A DNA stretch of 64,000 bases from Catajapyx aquilonaris (taxonomy: Eukaryota), in NCBI GenBank assembly GCA_000934665.2, contig KZ538430.1, positions 1 to 64,000 on the forward strand. The letters are read 5' to 3'. Made by a program: the position numbers and the translations under genes. Each line of letters starts with the position of its first letter. The first letter of the stretch is position 1. The notes under the pieces are model-generated. The model saw nothing but the letters and a program-made list of their open reading frames with translations. It was not told the DNA's origin and ran no database searches. Positions 1 through 13,326 of this stretch are shown here, piece after piece.

Positions 1-164
1 AACAAACGATTCGCAAACGTCACGCCCGCCAAGTCACCCTTAGCTTTAACGAATTCTGACGCAAGTTTTAAAAATTCATCTGCATAACCGTAGCAATTAT
101 GGGAAATGGCTCATTGATAAGTTGCACTGCCTTAAATCATGAGACGGCCAAGAAACACATTTAA

Positions 165-1050
165 CCCAGATATATGCCGTGAAAAGTTTTTTTTGAATTT
201 TCGAACTTTTTTTTTGTTTCTATTAGTTCATATTAGTTCCCAAAACACAAAATTCGAGATAAAACATTTTTCTGAATGCTTGTTTGCGAGAAAATGGCAG
301 TTCCCTATAATTATGGGATGCTGGGAAAATGTAACCTAGTATGGCTATAAAGTTGTTGATTACATTACCATGGCAACAGTGACATTCAGCAATATCAATA
401 GTTTCGTAATATCACAATAATTGATTGTTGTCGATTGCATTACCACGGAAACAGGCCTTGCAAAGAAGGGGTTGTAATTCAGTAACAATCAACAACAATC
501 ACGCATTGTTGCCACGGTTAACATGTTAACCAATTGCCATGTAATCTCGTTTTAATTATATGGATTCATTACTGTCCAGTTCAACAAAGCGTACAAAATC
601 CACACACATATACTTTACTTGTCCAACTTTGGGTGCATTTGCCTAATATTGTGTTCCCCAGAGGGGACACCAGATTTCAACACTAATCTCAGACAAGGAA
701 ATTTAAAAATATGCCCATATTTCCCCATCGACATCATCATTCATAAGTTTTCTAAGTATTACAAACAATAAATAACTCATAACAGTAATCAATATTCGTG
801 AATTAATTACTTATCATATTCGGAACCCGAAGGTGCAGCCATTATTTCCTGCTTTAAAATTCAAATACCTGTATTTTTAAAATCTGAAGGAATATTAAGC
901 AGGTATGAACTTGTATCGTTAGCTGGGACTCTACTGAAGCACCCTACTGCATGGCAGCTCTTTAGCAGCAGAAGAACCTGAGCAAAAAATTAAAATTCAA
1001 CAATTGTGCAGGTGTTCCCTTATATAGGGGACGCTATACGCATATCTGGG
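165..1050. mobile_element. Non-autonomous piggyBac-like element
   Basis: TTAA|CCCAGATAT ... ATATCTGGG|TTAA. Confidence 0.65.
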
Positions 1051-3028
1051 TTAATGACAAAACTTTAAATGGCATATTAATTCCAAGTTACGTGGTTATA
1101 GGCTAATTCCGTGACAAATCGGCCAATAATAATTAAAAATTCAACCTATAGCATTTTAAATATATAGTAAATACTTTTGTACATGATCGATATCCCATGC
1201 CTAATTTCCAGAACTCACGCTATACATACGTGTGTAGATAGTATAGTACGTAGTACATAGGTTAACAATTACGAAAAAGCGCACCAGACCAATATTACAG
1301 CTTACATATCTGCAAAAATTCACAACGATGACTAACGGTTATGTATATAATCCATCAATGGGTTTCAGATTTTTTAAAGGCGTTCAAAGAAGATGGGCTT
1401 ACGTCGAGTTTCTTTTGTACACATCGTTCTTTTTTATCGAAGTTACCGAAGAAAATGGCAGTTTCAGGTTTCACAGTTCCACAAAACCCTTGAACAGCAG
1501 CAGTTTTTGGAAAAGAAAACCATACGCGCACACTAGGGACTGTACACATGACCTTGTACTTTCCTCCTTGAGTCCTTTATAAGGCGCACATGGAAGCGGT
1601 CCCCGGGACCAAATTGTCTCGGGATCCGGATCCGGTCCTAGGTCTGCCAATTGAATAGCACTGTGCTAGAGCAAGACTGACGGAATCAGGATCCAAATTC
1701 ACGTAATTTTTTAAATTTCTTCTTCAATGTTGGTTTCCTACTCCTTATTCTTCACTTGGGTACTTTTCGCGGCAATCCTCTCCTGTTACGTCATCATCTT
1801 TTCCATAAAAAATAAGAAAAATGAGATTCTTTTCAAAATGAAATAGCGTAACCTGTTTATAGCCGAGTTGCTCAGTTCCTCGAAAATTTTGCATATACTG
1901 CAGAGTTTTCTGTTACATGCGACTCAAATTTCGCCGGGACGAAACGAAAAGCTTACGTAATGGACAAATTCCGCTGTACCCGAGATCGGTTATAGATTGC
2001 TTTTACTGTATAGGCTACTAGAAATCGTTTAAGGCAAGTGTGCTTAGAAACATTACTTTACACCTGTAACATAATGTCACGATCATGCTCCGAGATCTCA
2101 GAATCGTGAAGAAGCAGACACAAGATGCACAGGGTGTATCATAATAAATGACTGTGCCCTTGTGAATTTTTTCAAAATATCTCTCCACGTGCCCATAGTG
2201 GCAATGTCTAAGCTTTAAGGTCATAAACTTTACTGCAGATATTTTGATTTCGCTATTTTTATTCAGGACCTCAAGATTCCACACACATCTCTCAAGTATG
2301 TCGCCCATCAAGGATTGCACAAATTTACGAACGCAATATGTCCAACAGCAAGCTGCTTGACTTCAAGACAATCAAAATTATGCAATCTATGGTAAATAGG
2401 TGCGAGAATGATAAACACCTGCCACTTCCTTCCTTTCACCTACTAATTCCCAGAATGCTCGACATCTTGGCCACAGATCGTACTTCAGAGTTTGTAACCT
2501 AGCCAAGCAGCGGCTTCTAAAAATTTTATCGGGGCAGGGGCCAAGTTCCATTGGGATGGGTGGTAGGGGGCGGTGGGGAATGGGGCACCCAAACAACAGG
2601 CTGCAAGCATTCCTCTGAACGGGTGACATTCACATGCCCGTCCGTGCACGTCATTTTGTAGTCTGTTAAATGAACGGTACACCAATTTTAATCACTGGAT
2701 GGATCCAAGACACTGATCTATCTCTAATGCCTCGTTTCGCCAACATTACATTATATTCTTGCTTGATATCCTTGAAAAGAACGGCCTACTTCGCCAAGAG
2801 CTAGTGAAGTATTTTCAGTAATTAAGTCACGAGCAGAATGATCTTGCTTACAGTACCTCTAAGATAACTCTTCTATTCAATAACTAGTCAGGGCAGAATG
2901 AGGGACGGGAGCAACTACCATCTTGAGAAAATCCCTCCTGTGTGCTGGTAATGGTTTCCGGTGCCATTCATACTTAACATCCATAGATCAAAAAAGAAAT
3001 CAAGGTACGGGATCAAGAAAATAATGAC

Positions 3029-3328
3029 AAGGGAAAATCGAGAACATAATGATGAAGACGGACTTGGGGAGGAAATCGAACGACTTAATTGTAAAAAAAA
3101 AAATGATGATGTTTCTTCCCCAACTCGACTATACAGTATACGCTACAGTACAGTACAGAACTATATAGATTATGGCGTCCGATACTATAGATATTCGTGA
3201 GAGAGACGGATTTAGACAGGTGCTCCGAATAATAATTAATTATTACTGCATATTCGTGCTGGGGCATAGCCGGTTTTTCACTGAACTCGTCCAAGTCCGT
3301 CTCCATCATTATGCTCGCGATTGTACCT
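3029..3328. mobile_element. Decayed MITE
   Basis: ~30 bp imperfect inverted repeat CATAATGATGAAGACGGACTTGG / CCAAGTCCGTCTCCATCATTATG; ends uncertain. Confidence 0.4.
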
Positions 3329-5126
3329 TACACGGCGATTACTCCTATTAAGCAAATAGGTTGAAAGAACTCTTCAATAACAGGATAATGGTGTAAGGGC
3401 TCCGGTTCAATTGACCAATCTCCCCTGAATTCATATCACTCAGTACACTGCTGAAAATGAATACACTGTAGTTTGTTGCCTAGATATTTTAAGGGTGCAC
3501 TATATGCTAGAGCACGGTCCACGGTCTCTCTCGCGCTCTTTCTGTTCACAAGGGGGAAGGGGTGGGTTTATAAATATAGTAACAGACCCCTTGAATGTGG
3601 GAGAACGGGCAGTGAAATAACGTCAGCGTACATACATATAAAAATTTTAAAGCTCAGTTACTGCACTTGGCCTGGAGTTCTGCATTCGGTCATTGACAGA
3701 TGTTTGGCTATAGGTTACCTCCAATAACTGAATGGGCTCATCCTGCCGAATTTGAGCGGCTTGCTCACTATCATATCATGTCACGAGTAATCGTATACAG
3801 ACTAAACATTAACAATGATGTCTGTAAGAAAATACTGGCTAGATAGCCTTGTAACACAACAAATCCCAGAAAACGTGGCAAAAACCGGCACTAAGCATCC
3901 CCATAAACTTAAACGTGAATGCAAGAACTCCCATGTCCTATTCATGGCACGCCACTCACAGGGAATGTTACATCTTCAAACAGGCCCATTTCAAGCTGTA
4001 AAAGGGGCAATTGTACCCAGACCTTAATTGACGTTACACTCCTCTAGCAAACTAGTATAAAAGTGCCAGTCACGTTATTTTCTTTTCCTGATGTGCTTCC
4101 GAGTAACTCATGCTCGGACACACAGTATTCCCTATACAGCTCTCATAAAAAGTTGTGTAGGTCACGGTGTGGCCACCTTCGCGAATTCATGACCAGAATA
4201 GCGGCCAAATCGTGTTAGCCCACTATTTGTAAGGGTTCGGGGTCGTTACGTCGTGTTGTCAAAGGCGGTTCATACGACATCCTAAAGTTATTCATGATGG
4301 TGGTGAGTCTTCAATTAATTAGACTTGCTAACTTGTTATTATATTACACCTTCATTACTGCATTAAGTGTGTAGTCAGCGACGGCAACCGATTTCTCCCT
4401 CTATATGCTATATCCCCCCTTCCCCCCATCACTTGGGCTCTGTCCTACCTGCAATTAGCCCATGAATTAGCAATGGCTTTGATTAGATTACGTCAGGTCG
4501 AATTACTGGCAAGACTAACGCTTCGCCTTTTGACCTTTCATCTTTGGTAAATATCATTTGCGCGACAAGATGCAGGCGTATGACATCAATCTTGCCAGGA
4601 ACTTAAATGCCACGATTCTCGACAAATTTGTCTGTCACTGGTCGAAGTAAATCACGGCAGGCAGCAAGATGTGTGGGACCTATGATATCTTACAGGAACT
4701 GGAATATAAACTTGCAGGAGGGAGCAAGTTGCTATTCTAGATGGAAAAGGCTGCGAGTTAATAAGGAAGTGCATCATCATACAGTGGGTGCAAATATTTC
4801 AAGCCTGTCACACGTGGCTGAATTCGATATTCAGGATGGGGCTGTTCCATTCAAAAGTTATTTTCAGGGCAGGTAATAAATAAAGCTGGTAGCACTTTCT
4901 CATATGCAGATAAGCATATTTTCGGATTATTACAATATTCATGACGATATATTGTTTCTTTGGGTATTGCCATCGCTCAGAATTTTATTTATGGCTTTCT
5001 CTAGGCGTCTAGGGTTCTACATTATTCATTGATTTTGTTCAATGTTAACTTCCACAAGTACATAAATTGGTTCGTTAATGTGCAGTATTCAAATCGGGAA
5101 CAAACTACGTGCAACCAAACTATATA

Positions 5127-5434
5127 CTAGGGACAAGATAACTCATGCGTTTTGGGCGTGGCTTGTGTCCTTGGCAGCCATAATTAGCCCCGCCCCCTGC
5201 TGAGTTATTTGTATGGAATTTAGAACGATTGGTGGGGGAATATTTCCCCCCTGCTGGGTTACCAATTGCGTAAGTGTAAACAAACTCATCTCATTCTTGA
5301 GGTCTTAGAACATAACGCCCATCTCCTTTGAAATCAAATCCTGATTCGTCGACCGGTATAGGGGGCGGGGCTAATTATGGTTGCCAAGGACACAAGCCAG
5401 CTTCCAAAACGCATGAGTTATCTTGTCCCTACTG
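5127..5434. mobile_element. Tc1/mariner-type MITE
   Basis: ~70 bp TIRs TAGGGACAAGATAACTCATGCG... / ...CGCATGAGTTATCTTGTCCCTACTG, TA-flanked. Confidence 0.8.
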
Positions 5435-5612
5435 TAGCAACCGCCAACGATCAGAATTAGGTTTTTGAACTTCAAATCAATGCAAATACACAACCTTAAA
5501 AAATATTTATCACGTACTTCACCTCATATCATTCATTGTGTGCAGCTCTCTATGAATCCGGCGTCGCAATGAGTAGTTACGCACAAAGTAGTATTGCTTC
5601 TGAATTCAACTG

Positions 5613-6017
5613 CAGTGAAACCTGCCAATAGCGGAAATTTGATTACCTCGGAAAAATGCTGTTGTCCCAGTAGCGAGACAGGATTTCCCATCAATTTTTC
5701 GCCGATATAGCGGAACCTAACCCAGAAGCGGACGTCATTTAGGTGTCAGTAAGGAAAACCCAGTGTATAGCTGAATTAATACGCCATTTTGTTTCACAAC
5801 TTTGGCGAACCGAAATCAGGGCGAAAAATGGGGCGGAGAGGCGCGGGCGAGAAATATTGCCTTCGCGGACGAAAACTTGGCGGATGGCCCGACAAATTCG
5901 GAATCAGAAAAGAACCAATTCGGAGACACATTAAATGGGTGTTGTCTTGTGTAGCGGAAACGTGCTTACTACGGAAAATTTTAGCGGAAAAGACTCCGCT
6001 ATATACAGGCTTCACTG
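5613..6017. mobile_element. pogo/Tigger-type MITE
   Basis: CAGTGAAACCTG ... CAGGCTTCACTG|TA, with subterminal TAGCGGAA repeats. Confidence 0.7.
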
Positions 6018-8479
6018 TAAGCTTAAAACGACTTATAAGTTGCAGTTTATATTACTCCAATTCTTAGGGTACATTGATGACACGATTTTATTATACTTTC
6101 AGAGCAAATTATTACTCTCCAAGTCGTGTGGACTTACAGGTCTATACACTTCACGTAGAATTTAAGCTAAACAGGATTCGAAGGCACACGAAAGGCCAAA
6201 CCGGAGCCATAGATGTGACAATACAGATATAGTATTTAATTATCACACTGAAAGTTACAGCAGTATTAGAATACAAACTGCTTCATATATCATAATGCAT
6301 TCCATCATTACTCTTACAAAACTATTTGGACGTATGCTCTACAAACCACCTGGTAGCCATCTGCCAGAAAAAAAAAAATTTGCCAAAAAAGAAATTCTCC
6401 TCCTCTGGAAGACGCCCTTTCTGTTTACCAACAAGAATTCCAGCAGCAGCGGCCTGAATACATTCCTTCTTGAAAAGTGCCCCTGAACTTGAAATGTGTA
6501 ATCCAGACTACAACAGCAGTTGATAAAGACTCAACAAAGAGATCCACAATAGCTCCTCTGGCGTCTGCACAAGTCGACTTTTGTAAACACCATCCCCAGC
6601 CGCCGACCGGAAGAAGAGCAAACAACTTCCAAGCCGCTCAAGAGAGGCACTGCAACACAGACATTATCGCCCAGCCCTGGCACGGGCCATCCAAATTCTG
6701 CATGCCTCTGCAAAACTCACTTTGTACCCATCTTGACACAAGAAGCAGCCCGTGCCACTTTTCTAGTAACCCAGTAACTTCTCAAGTGTCTGTAGCATCT
6801 TGAATGAAGCCAGCAACTGCCATGACCCATCAGGAGAATAGCATTTACAACAATTGCGCTGTCACAGGGCTTGTACTCAACTTATGCTCATGACTGTCTA
6901 CTATTCGAGAGTTCTATGTTAAAGTAACTGCGCAATAAAAAGTAGTTTACTGCCGCAATCTTGGTAATATGGACAATTCAGTCAGAAAACCTTGTCGAGA
7001 CATCGTCGGTTGACTACGTAACCCTTACGTGGCAATTTTCAGAATATCCTGTTTAACTTTAAGAACCTCGATTTCTACGCAGTTTATTCCTTCAATTCCA
7101 GGTCGCCAATTTAATAGTGAAATTTTCCCTCTCGTTTCACATCCTTATTCGACACCCAACACTTGGACATTGTCCAATGAGGAGAAGAATCACAGGAGAA
7201 ATTGTCCTCTACAAAGTACCTCGCAGTTAGGTCGTGATGTCCCTTCAATACATGCAAAATGGTATATATATGAAGGCAATATTCCGGTTCAGCTTATTTC
7301 CTTCACAAGCGACGGCCTGGATAATCCGGAACGGATTGTAAATATCCTGGGGGCGAAGAAATGACTTCAGCGGCAAGTAGACGGCCCGCCCATTTTCCGA
7401 GATATCATTTCCGTTTCGCGTTTAGCAGGAACTTGGCGCCCAAGGAAGTGCACACTACCTTTCATTCCGTGCCTATATCTCCCTCGACCTGATGAGATGA
7501 ATTGAATTCGTCTCGCAATAATTCCGGGATTTCGCTTACTCGCACGAACGTCAAGTCAGTCACGAGGTCATTCGATGCCATGTTCATAGCCAGGAGCCCC
7601 AAAACTACAGTGTCCCGGAATATACTGTATATACACACACATACATAAACAAACGAGGAGATTGGTCAGATCCGCTACAAGTCCAATCCACGGCTACACT
7701 TACCAGTTACCACCTACAGAGAGATGAGGAATAAGCTTCAGAGAATGCACTCCGGGGATCCTCCAGGTCAAGTATTCAAGCGACTTGACTGACCCACTAA
7801 CACAAAATTATGTAATGTATCTTATCTCTGTCGATTCAGTCGAGGCATTTTTATTTTGAGTAACCGGGATTCTCGGCATAGCTGTAGGTCATTTCCACAC
7901 CCTCTCAAAGCACATCTTGCTAAAAATTACTAATCTCCTCATCTGAGCTTCGTTATTTCGTCCTACCACGAATGTACCTTGTGGAGGTCCTGCTCAAGAA
8001 GTGCTGCTCTATCAGAGAAAGAGACGACGCGACGCCTTCGTCAAAAACTTCCTGGTTCGTGTGTCACCAAGGCTGTATTAAGCCTTCATTATATCCTGAA
8101 ATTATTAGGACCCACGCTCTTGTGTTTCTCCTCCCCGGGGGCAGGTTGGTATATAGCCTAGAGTCATGCGGAACCGGATAGCATGTGCCACAACACCTAC
8201 AGCCTGCTTGTCGACAACCTGGTGGAGAACAAGGAGCTTTACGACTTATACATGCAGGACACCCTATTATGAGTGAATGGCATCTCAAAGAACAGCGACC
8301 TGAATGAGAACAAGGAGGTTACAACACTGCTGGAAGCCAAGAGTATCTAAATTGTCGTCAGTCTATAATAATGCTACTGAGTGTCTCTTTCCAGTCATCT
8401 CCAAAATTTCGCAGCCAAGATGGTCAGGGAGGTTGAGCAGTGCAAATGTGTGACCCAGCACGTGGGCATCATCAAGCAA

Positions 8480-8636
8480 GTCCACCCTGCAGATCAGTGC
8501 CCAGTCACGCTCCCTATACCAGTACATTGATACCCACGTGAGCTTAGTTAATCTCCCCCACAGAGGGGGATTGGCCACGGTCGGCGCTAGAGTCAACTGC
8601 CTAGATGGTCACGCCTTACTTAGCGGCGCAATTCTG
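8480..8636 (+). repeat. Retroposon 3'-end family A, copy 1
   Basis: Homologous in inverted orientation to 9038-9190 (CACGGTCGGCGCTAGAGTCAACTGCCTAG). Confidence 0.6.
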
Positions 8637-8757
8637 AACCATTATGGTCGACTCCGATTGGCTGGCCTCCTTTGGCCACACATGGCTCTCCACATGAGGC
8701 CTTTAAGACTCCAGCCAATCAGATCCGACCCTAATGGATAAGAATTTCCCTCCTAGT

Positions 8758-9010
8758 TACACGATGGCCGAGTGGTTAGCGCCGCAGCCTTCCACCTCTA
8801 AGGTCCCGAGTTCGATCCCCAGGTCGGACGGGGATAGAATTTCGATGGGTTCTCTCCGTGTTCGCGTGGGTTTTCTCGGGGTTCTCCCGTTTCCTCCCAC
8901 AATCAAAATCCATCACAGCGCAGGCAATGATTAAAGTCGGGTATTTAAAAAGATGATCCCCTAAGAGGCCCAAGGAGGCCTATCACTGGGTATCCATTAT
9001 TATCATCATC
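8758..9010 (+). mobile_element. tRNA-derived SINE with V-domain-like core
   Basis: A box TGGCCGAGTGG, B box GAGTTCGATCCC, core GTGGGTTTTCTCGGGGTTCTCCCGTTTCCTCCCACA, (ATT)n tail; homologous to 52276-52604. Confidence 0.85.
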
Positions 9011-9037
9011 ATTGTTATTGTTATTATTATTATTATT

Positions 9038-9190
9038 AGAATTGCCCCTCTAGTTAAGACGTGGCCATCTAGGGCTTCTAGGCAGTTGACTCTAGCGCCG
9101 ACCGTGACCAATCCCCCTCGGTGGGGGACATCAGGTATAAGCTCACGCGAAAAGAGGGCGAGTGACTGGGGGCTGCTGCAGACAGTGGCA
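9038..9190 (-). repeat. Retroposon 3'-end family A, copy 2, with (AAT)n tail
   Basis: Reverse complement of 8480-8636; ends ...GCAATTCT(AAT)n. Confidence 0.65.
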
Positions 9191-9286
9191 CACACCAACA
9201 CAACCACCACCAGGGTGGCAAGATTACGAGGTGGCGACCAGAAACACCGAAGCCATCCTCAACAAAGATTCAAAGCGCCATACTAA

Positions 9287-9665
9287 CAAGGGAACGACCA
9301 AGGTCGGTCGCCTCCGATTTGGTTGAAACTCGCTTGAGGGGTCACTCATGTGCAATAGACACAGTGGTGAAAATCCTAGATGCCACTGTCCATCCGTTTC
9401 CGAGATATGAACACAAAAATATCCGAATTTTGGCCGCGCGTACTGCGTACAGGTGTCGGGCGGGACAAGTGCAAGGCCCGGTAAGGCCCCTATGGCCCTA
9501 TACCCCTATGCGTGCGGCCAAAATCTGGATGTTTCTGTCACTCATATCTCGGAAACGGATGGACAGTGGCATCTAGGACATTCACCTCTGTGTCTATCGC
9601 ACATGAGTGACCCCTCAAGAGAGTTTCAACCAAATCGGAGGCGACCGACCTTGGCCCTTCCCTTG
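9287..9665. mobile_element. Tc5/Tc4-like MITE
   Basis: ~155 bp TIRs starting CAAGGGAA; TAA TSD within a CTAAG target. Confidence 0.85.
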
Positions 9666-12600
9666 TAAGAAGCTGCAGTTCATCTGCAGGACACTTTCAT
9701 ATTGGCCATCATGTTGGAAGAGGACAAGATGCAGCAGCTGCATGACTAGCTTCTAAAGACAACACCCAATCCCTCAAACAGCTATTGCTTACTCTTTTTC
9801 TTTAATGATCAAGTTAATACTGTACTAATAACCTGAAAATAATATCACGGATGTGGACTTGTATACGAAGGTGAAGGTTACAGCTATAGTTACAAAAGTT
9901 TGCATCTGCAGTGCTGCCGAGGGAAGTTGAACAGGAGGCAGTTGATTCTGTGAATCCGAAGCAAAGCTCATTGATGCCCATATTTATGTATTTAGTCTTT
10001 CACAAATTCCGAGAAAATCTGCGGAAAGTGAGAGGCAAGGGCTTACGTGTAAATCCGCAGTAGCACAGCATCCCAGTCTGAGCCATGGAAGAACACGCCG
10101 ATTCTGTGATTCTGTGAACACTTGCCCAGTCCAAATTCGTCAGCGACATGGTGAGCTTCTCATTTCCCGCCCAGATCTCTCGCCACCGAATTTGTGAAAC
10201 TGACATGAATCAAGGTCACGGCCTTGACATCCGAGGGGTCATGTTATACGGCACTATTCCTACAAACTTGGATGCCAATGTGACACAATATAGCGACGGG
10301 GGCGACATCACGAATACCTTGTTTTTCTAGCCGATATTCCCACTTTTGTGCCCATTAATACATCGTAAATGGTGTCAAATTTCATTGTTTACAGTCTTGC
10401 CCAGATTTATGCAAACTTGACACGCACAAATAGATACGGTCGGTGCCCCAGTTCTTTATGCGTGTGACGGCACCATTGATAAGGCTTATTCGCTCTCCAA
10501 ATCGGAGATCCTCATTCTTCCACAAAGTCGCATTTTATGCTGGTATCAAATTCAGATTTTAGATACCAAAAACCGAATGCCATGTTACTACGACGCATTC
10601 AAGTTACCTAAATCACCCATGAACGCCATATCTGCAAAGGGGGGAAAAAACAGTGCAATAATAAAATTACGCCTAAATATCACACAAGGTACAGATGCTC
10701 GTAATACCATCCGACATGCGACGCCCGAAACGCACCAGACACCTCCAAAACATTCCACACTCATTATGACACAATTATTAATTCATGCCACCTTTGATGC
10801 CACTGATTATTCCAACGCGACTCCACTTTCCTTGACAAAACCCGACCCGTGTTAACGTTCGCCAAATCGCGACCTCAGCACCAACCCGTGTTCGTCAATG
10901 CTCCTTTTGCTATAGTGTATACCAAAACACGCATAGTTTCAATTTTTTTGCCCCCTCTTCGGACGCTATTTTGCAGCGCAGGCAATGCTAACCAGTTCCC
11001 TATCAAACTAATTACCCGGACACTGAGGGGATTGGGAAAGTACTTGGTATCCGCGGTGTTTTGCGAGGCAATACATTTGGATGTTTTGACTACACCCTGA
11101 ATGTTTCCTGCACTTTCACCCGAAGTCCCTGACAGATTGGGTGTGCAAAACAAGAGCCAAAGACGACACTGAGTTGAAATAGGCTATAGCAGACGAAGCA
11201 TGTAAAATTGGGTGTCGGAATCCCTTAGTATACACGACTGGACACGACGTCTATTTTTAACCAGTTTGCAATATTCTATGTCAACAAATAACTCGATTTC
11301 GCTGCTTTCCACCAAAATACACTGGTGTTTGCAATATCAACCAAGACGGGCGAGGCTGGTAAATTATGGTTATGAGACGCACGTCTTTACCCACACAATG
11401 GCACATTTGCAAGTGTGGGCAAGATGGGCCGGATATTTATAAAACATTGGATGTGCTTACATGGGAAGATGTGAGGGTCCTAGTCATAAAATGAGGTGTT
11501 GGGATAGGCTGAACGGCAGTCGCTGAGAATAAAGAAAGCTAGAAGATGCGTGTTTCTGGTTTGTGAACAATTGAAGGGTTCCTTGATTTAGTGTGTGATT
11601 GAAGTTCTTCGGCCTGACCGTATGTGGTAGTAAAGAAAGCATCGCCTGCACCGTACTGCTTAGGTTAAAACCGGTAGTCACGCATGCAAAATTCTGTCTG
11701 AGACATGCTTTTTGCACACGAAATTACTAGACAGGGAACCCAACGCTGCACGAGAAAAGTGTCCTATCGCAGCAGTTTTCTGATTTGAATCTGTCGCCTG
11801 ATTTGATCATCTCCATCACATAAAAACAGTCTGCCTTTTTAATAATTTAAAACAATCCATGGCAGACTTGTAGGCGTGCACATAGTCCACCCACGCCCCT
11901 GGAAAATTCCCCAAATGCTGACATGCACGTTGCCAATTTGCAACGACACTGTATATCTGATGATGTGGGTACTTTCACAACTACTTCTACAAATGAAAAG
12001 AAGGAGCAAAAATGGCCGCAGTCACTGGCATGTTTCCCAGTATCCTCCCCTTGACCCCAAAAAGTGACCTCCTGGCCACTATTTTAAAAAAGGGTCTGGG
12101 CAAAATTGCATTTACGATTCTAACAAGCCAGAAAGGCCGTATCCTTTTAGCCATAATAAATAATTATATATTGTAAACCAAATGCACCGACCCCCTTTGT
12201 CCTTGGCCACCATAAGGGCCAGCCATAAGTTTCGCCCAAACTGTCTGGGTGAAGCTCCTTGAATAAGTCAGCAATGATCCAAAAAGCGTTTCTATAGTCG
12301 ATAACGTGATCCTGCTAAGGGCAAGGTTGTCATTAATAATGATTGCAACGAAATAAGTGGGATGCCAAGCTTGCCAATTTGGGTCTACCACGATGCCAAG
12401 GTCAGCGTACCTGTTTTTCTTCCTGCTCAGTGCGCACAAGGTTTTTCGCCGATTGCCATTTCCGTCGCCGTAACCTAACCCAAGCCGCGCTAAATAATGC
12501 CTTTTCAATTGGGCCGTGCAATTTAATTCACATCCGACATGGCCGATAATGAGAGGGCTTCGGCAACCCAAGCCACAAGCAGTCTTCCGGCAGGCAAACC

Positions 12601-13195
12601 AAGTCATGTTAATAAGCCATTGACGTGAAATTATGACATTCGCCAAACGTCAATAGCAGGCGGGATGTCATTTTCATCTGCTGGTACACTCCGTGCACGA
12701 TCGCGTGTCACAACCCACTGTACTGTTACCAGTTGGCAGCCGGCCTTACAAACTGCACCTGGGAATTTCAGCAATAGCTGGAGGCAGCCATGGACTAACA
12801 GTAAACACCATTCAATAAACTTCTATGGCATATCGGCGACCTTGACGCCTTAAGGATGGCCCCTTCCTGATTTAAACTGCAGAAGTAGGTCACATTACAC
12901 TATAATATTAAAATACTTCGTTGTTTGTGTAAGGCTTCCGATTGGTCCCCGTTCTGCGCCTCTGGTGGGTAGCATGAGGAACAATTCATTCGCTGGCTGT
13001 CGCGCGGCCGGAAGGGCAACTTCACTCCCTAGTTCTAAATTATTTTCCTGCCTGATCCCAGGAATTCATAGCAAACAAATTAGGCTTGCTACTACATTGC
13101 CCAGTCCTATTTCGAAAACTATGATCAGGCTATTGCAAAGGGCCATGCATAGTCCGCTTCCTAATTATGTGTGTGTGTGGGGGGGGGGGGGGGGG

Positions 13196-13326
13196 NNNNN
13201 NNNNNNNNNNNNNNNNNNNNNNNNNNNNNNNNNNNNNNNNNNNNNNNNNNNNNNNNNNNNNNNNNNNNNNNNNNNNNNNNNNNNNNNNNNNNNNNNNNNN
13301 NNNNNNNNNNNNNNNNNNNNNNNNNN
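13196..13326. other. Assembly gap next to poly-G
   Basis: N run; other gaps at 24841-24914, 34575-34655 and 42333 also abut poly-G. Confidence 0.99.

Noticed and set aside
1368..4873. Exon-like segments on + (e.g. 2267-2391, 2454-2558, 4696-4872)
   Set aside because: Splice-like sites are present, but there is no consistent frame or recognisable protein; possibly a decayed gene, needs BLASTx
7488..7520. CTGATGA followed by a hairpin
   Set aside because: No GAAA after stem II and no closing stems
6300..8480. Coding-like composition at 6400-6850 (-) and 8180-8480 (+)
   Set aside because: Interrupted by stops and not assignable to any family by eye
12164..12646. 160 aa minus-strand ORF
   Set aside because: Non-ATG start, no recognisable motif or splice context; likely a chance ORF in repeat-derived DNA
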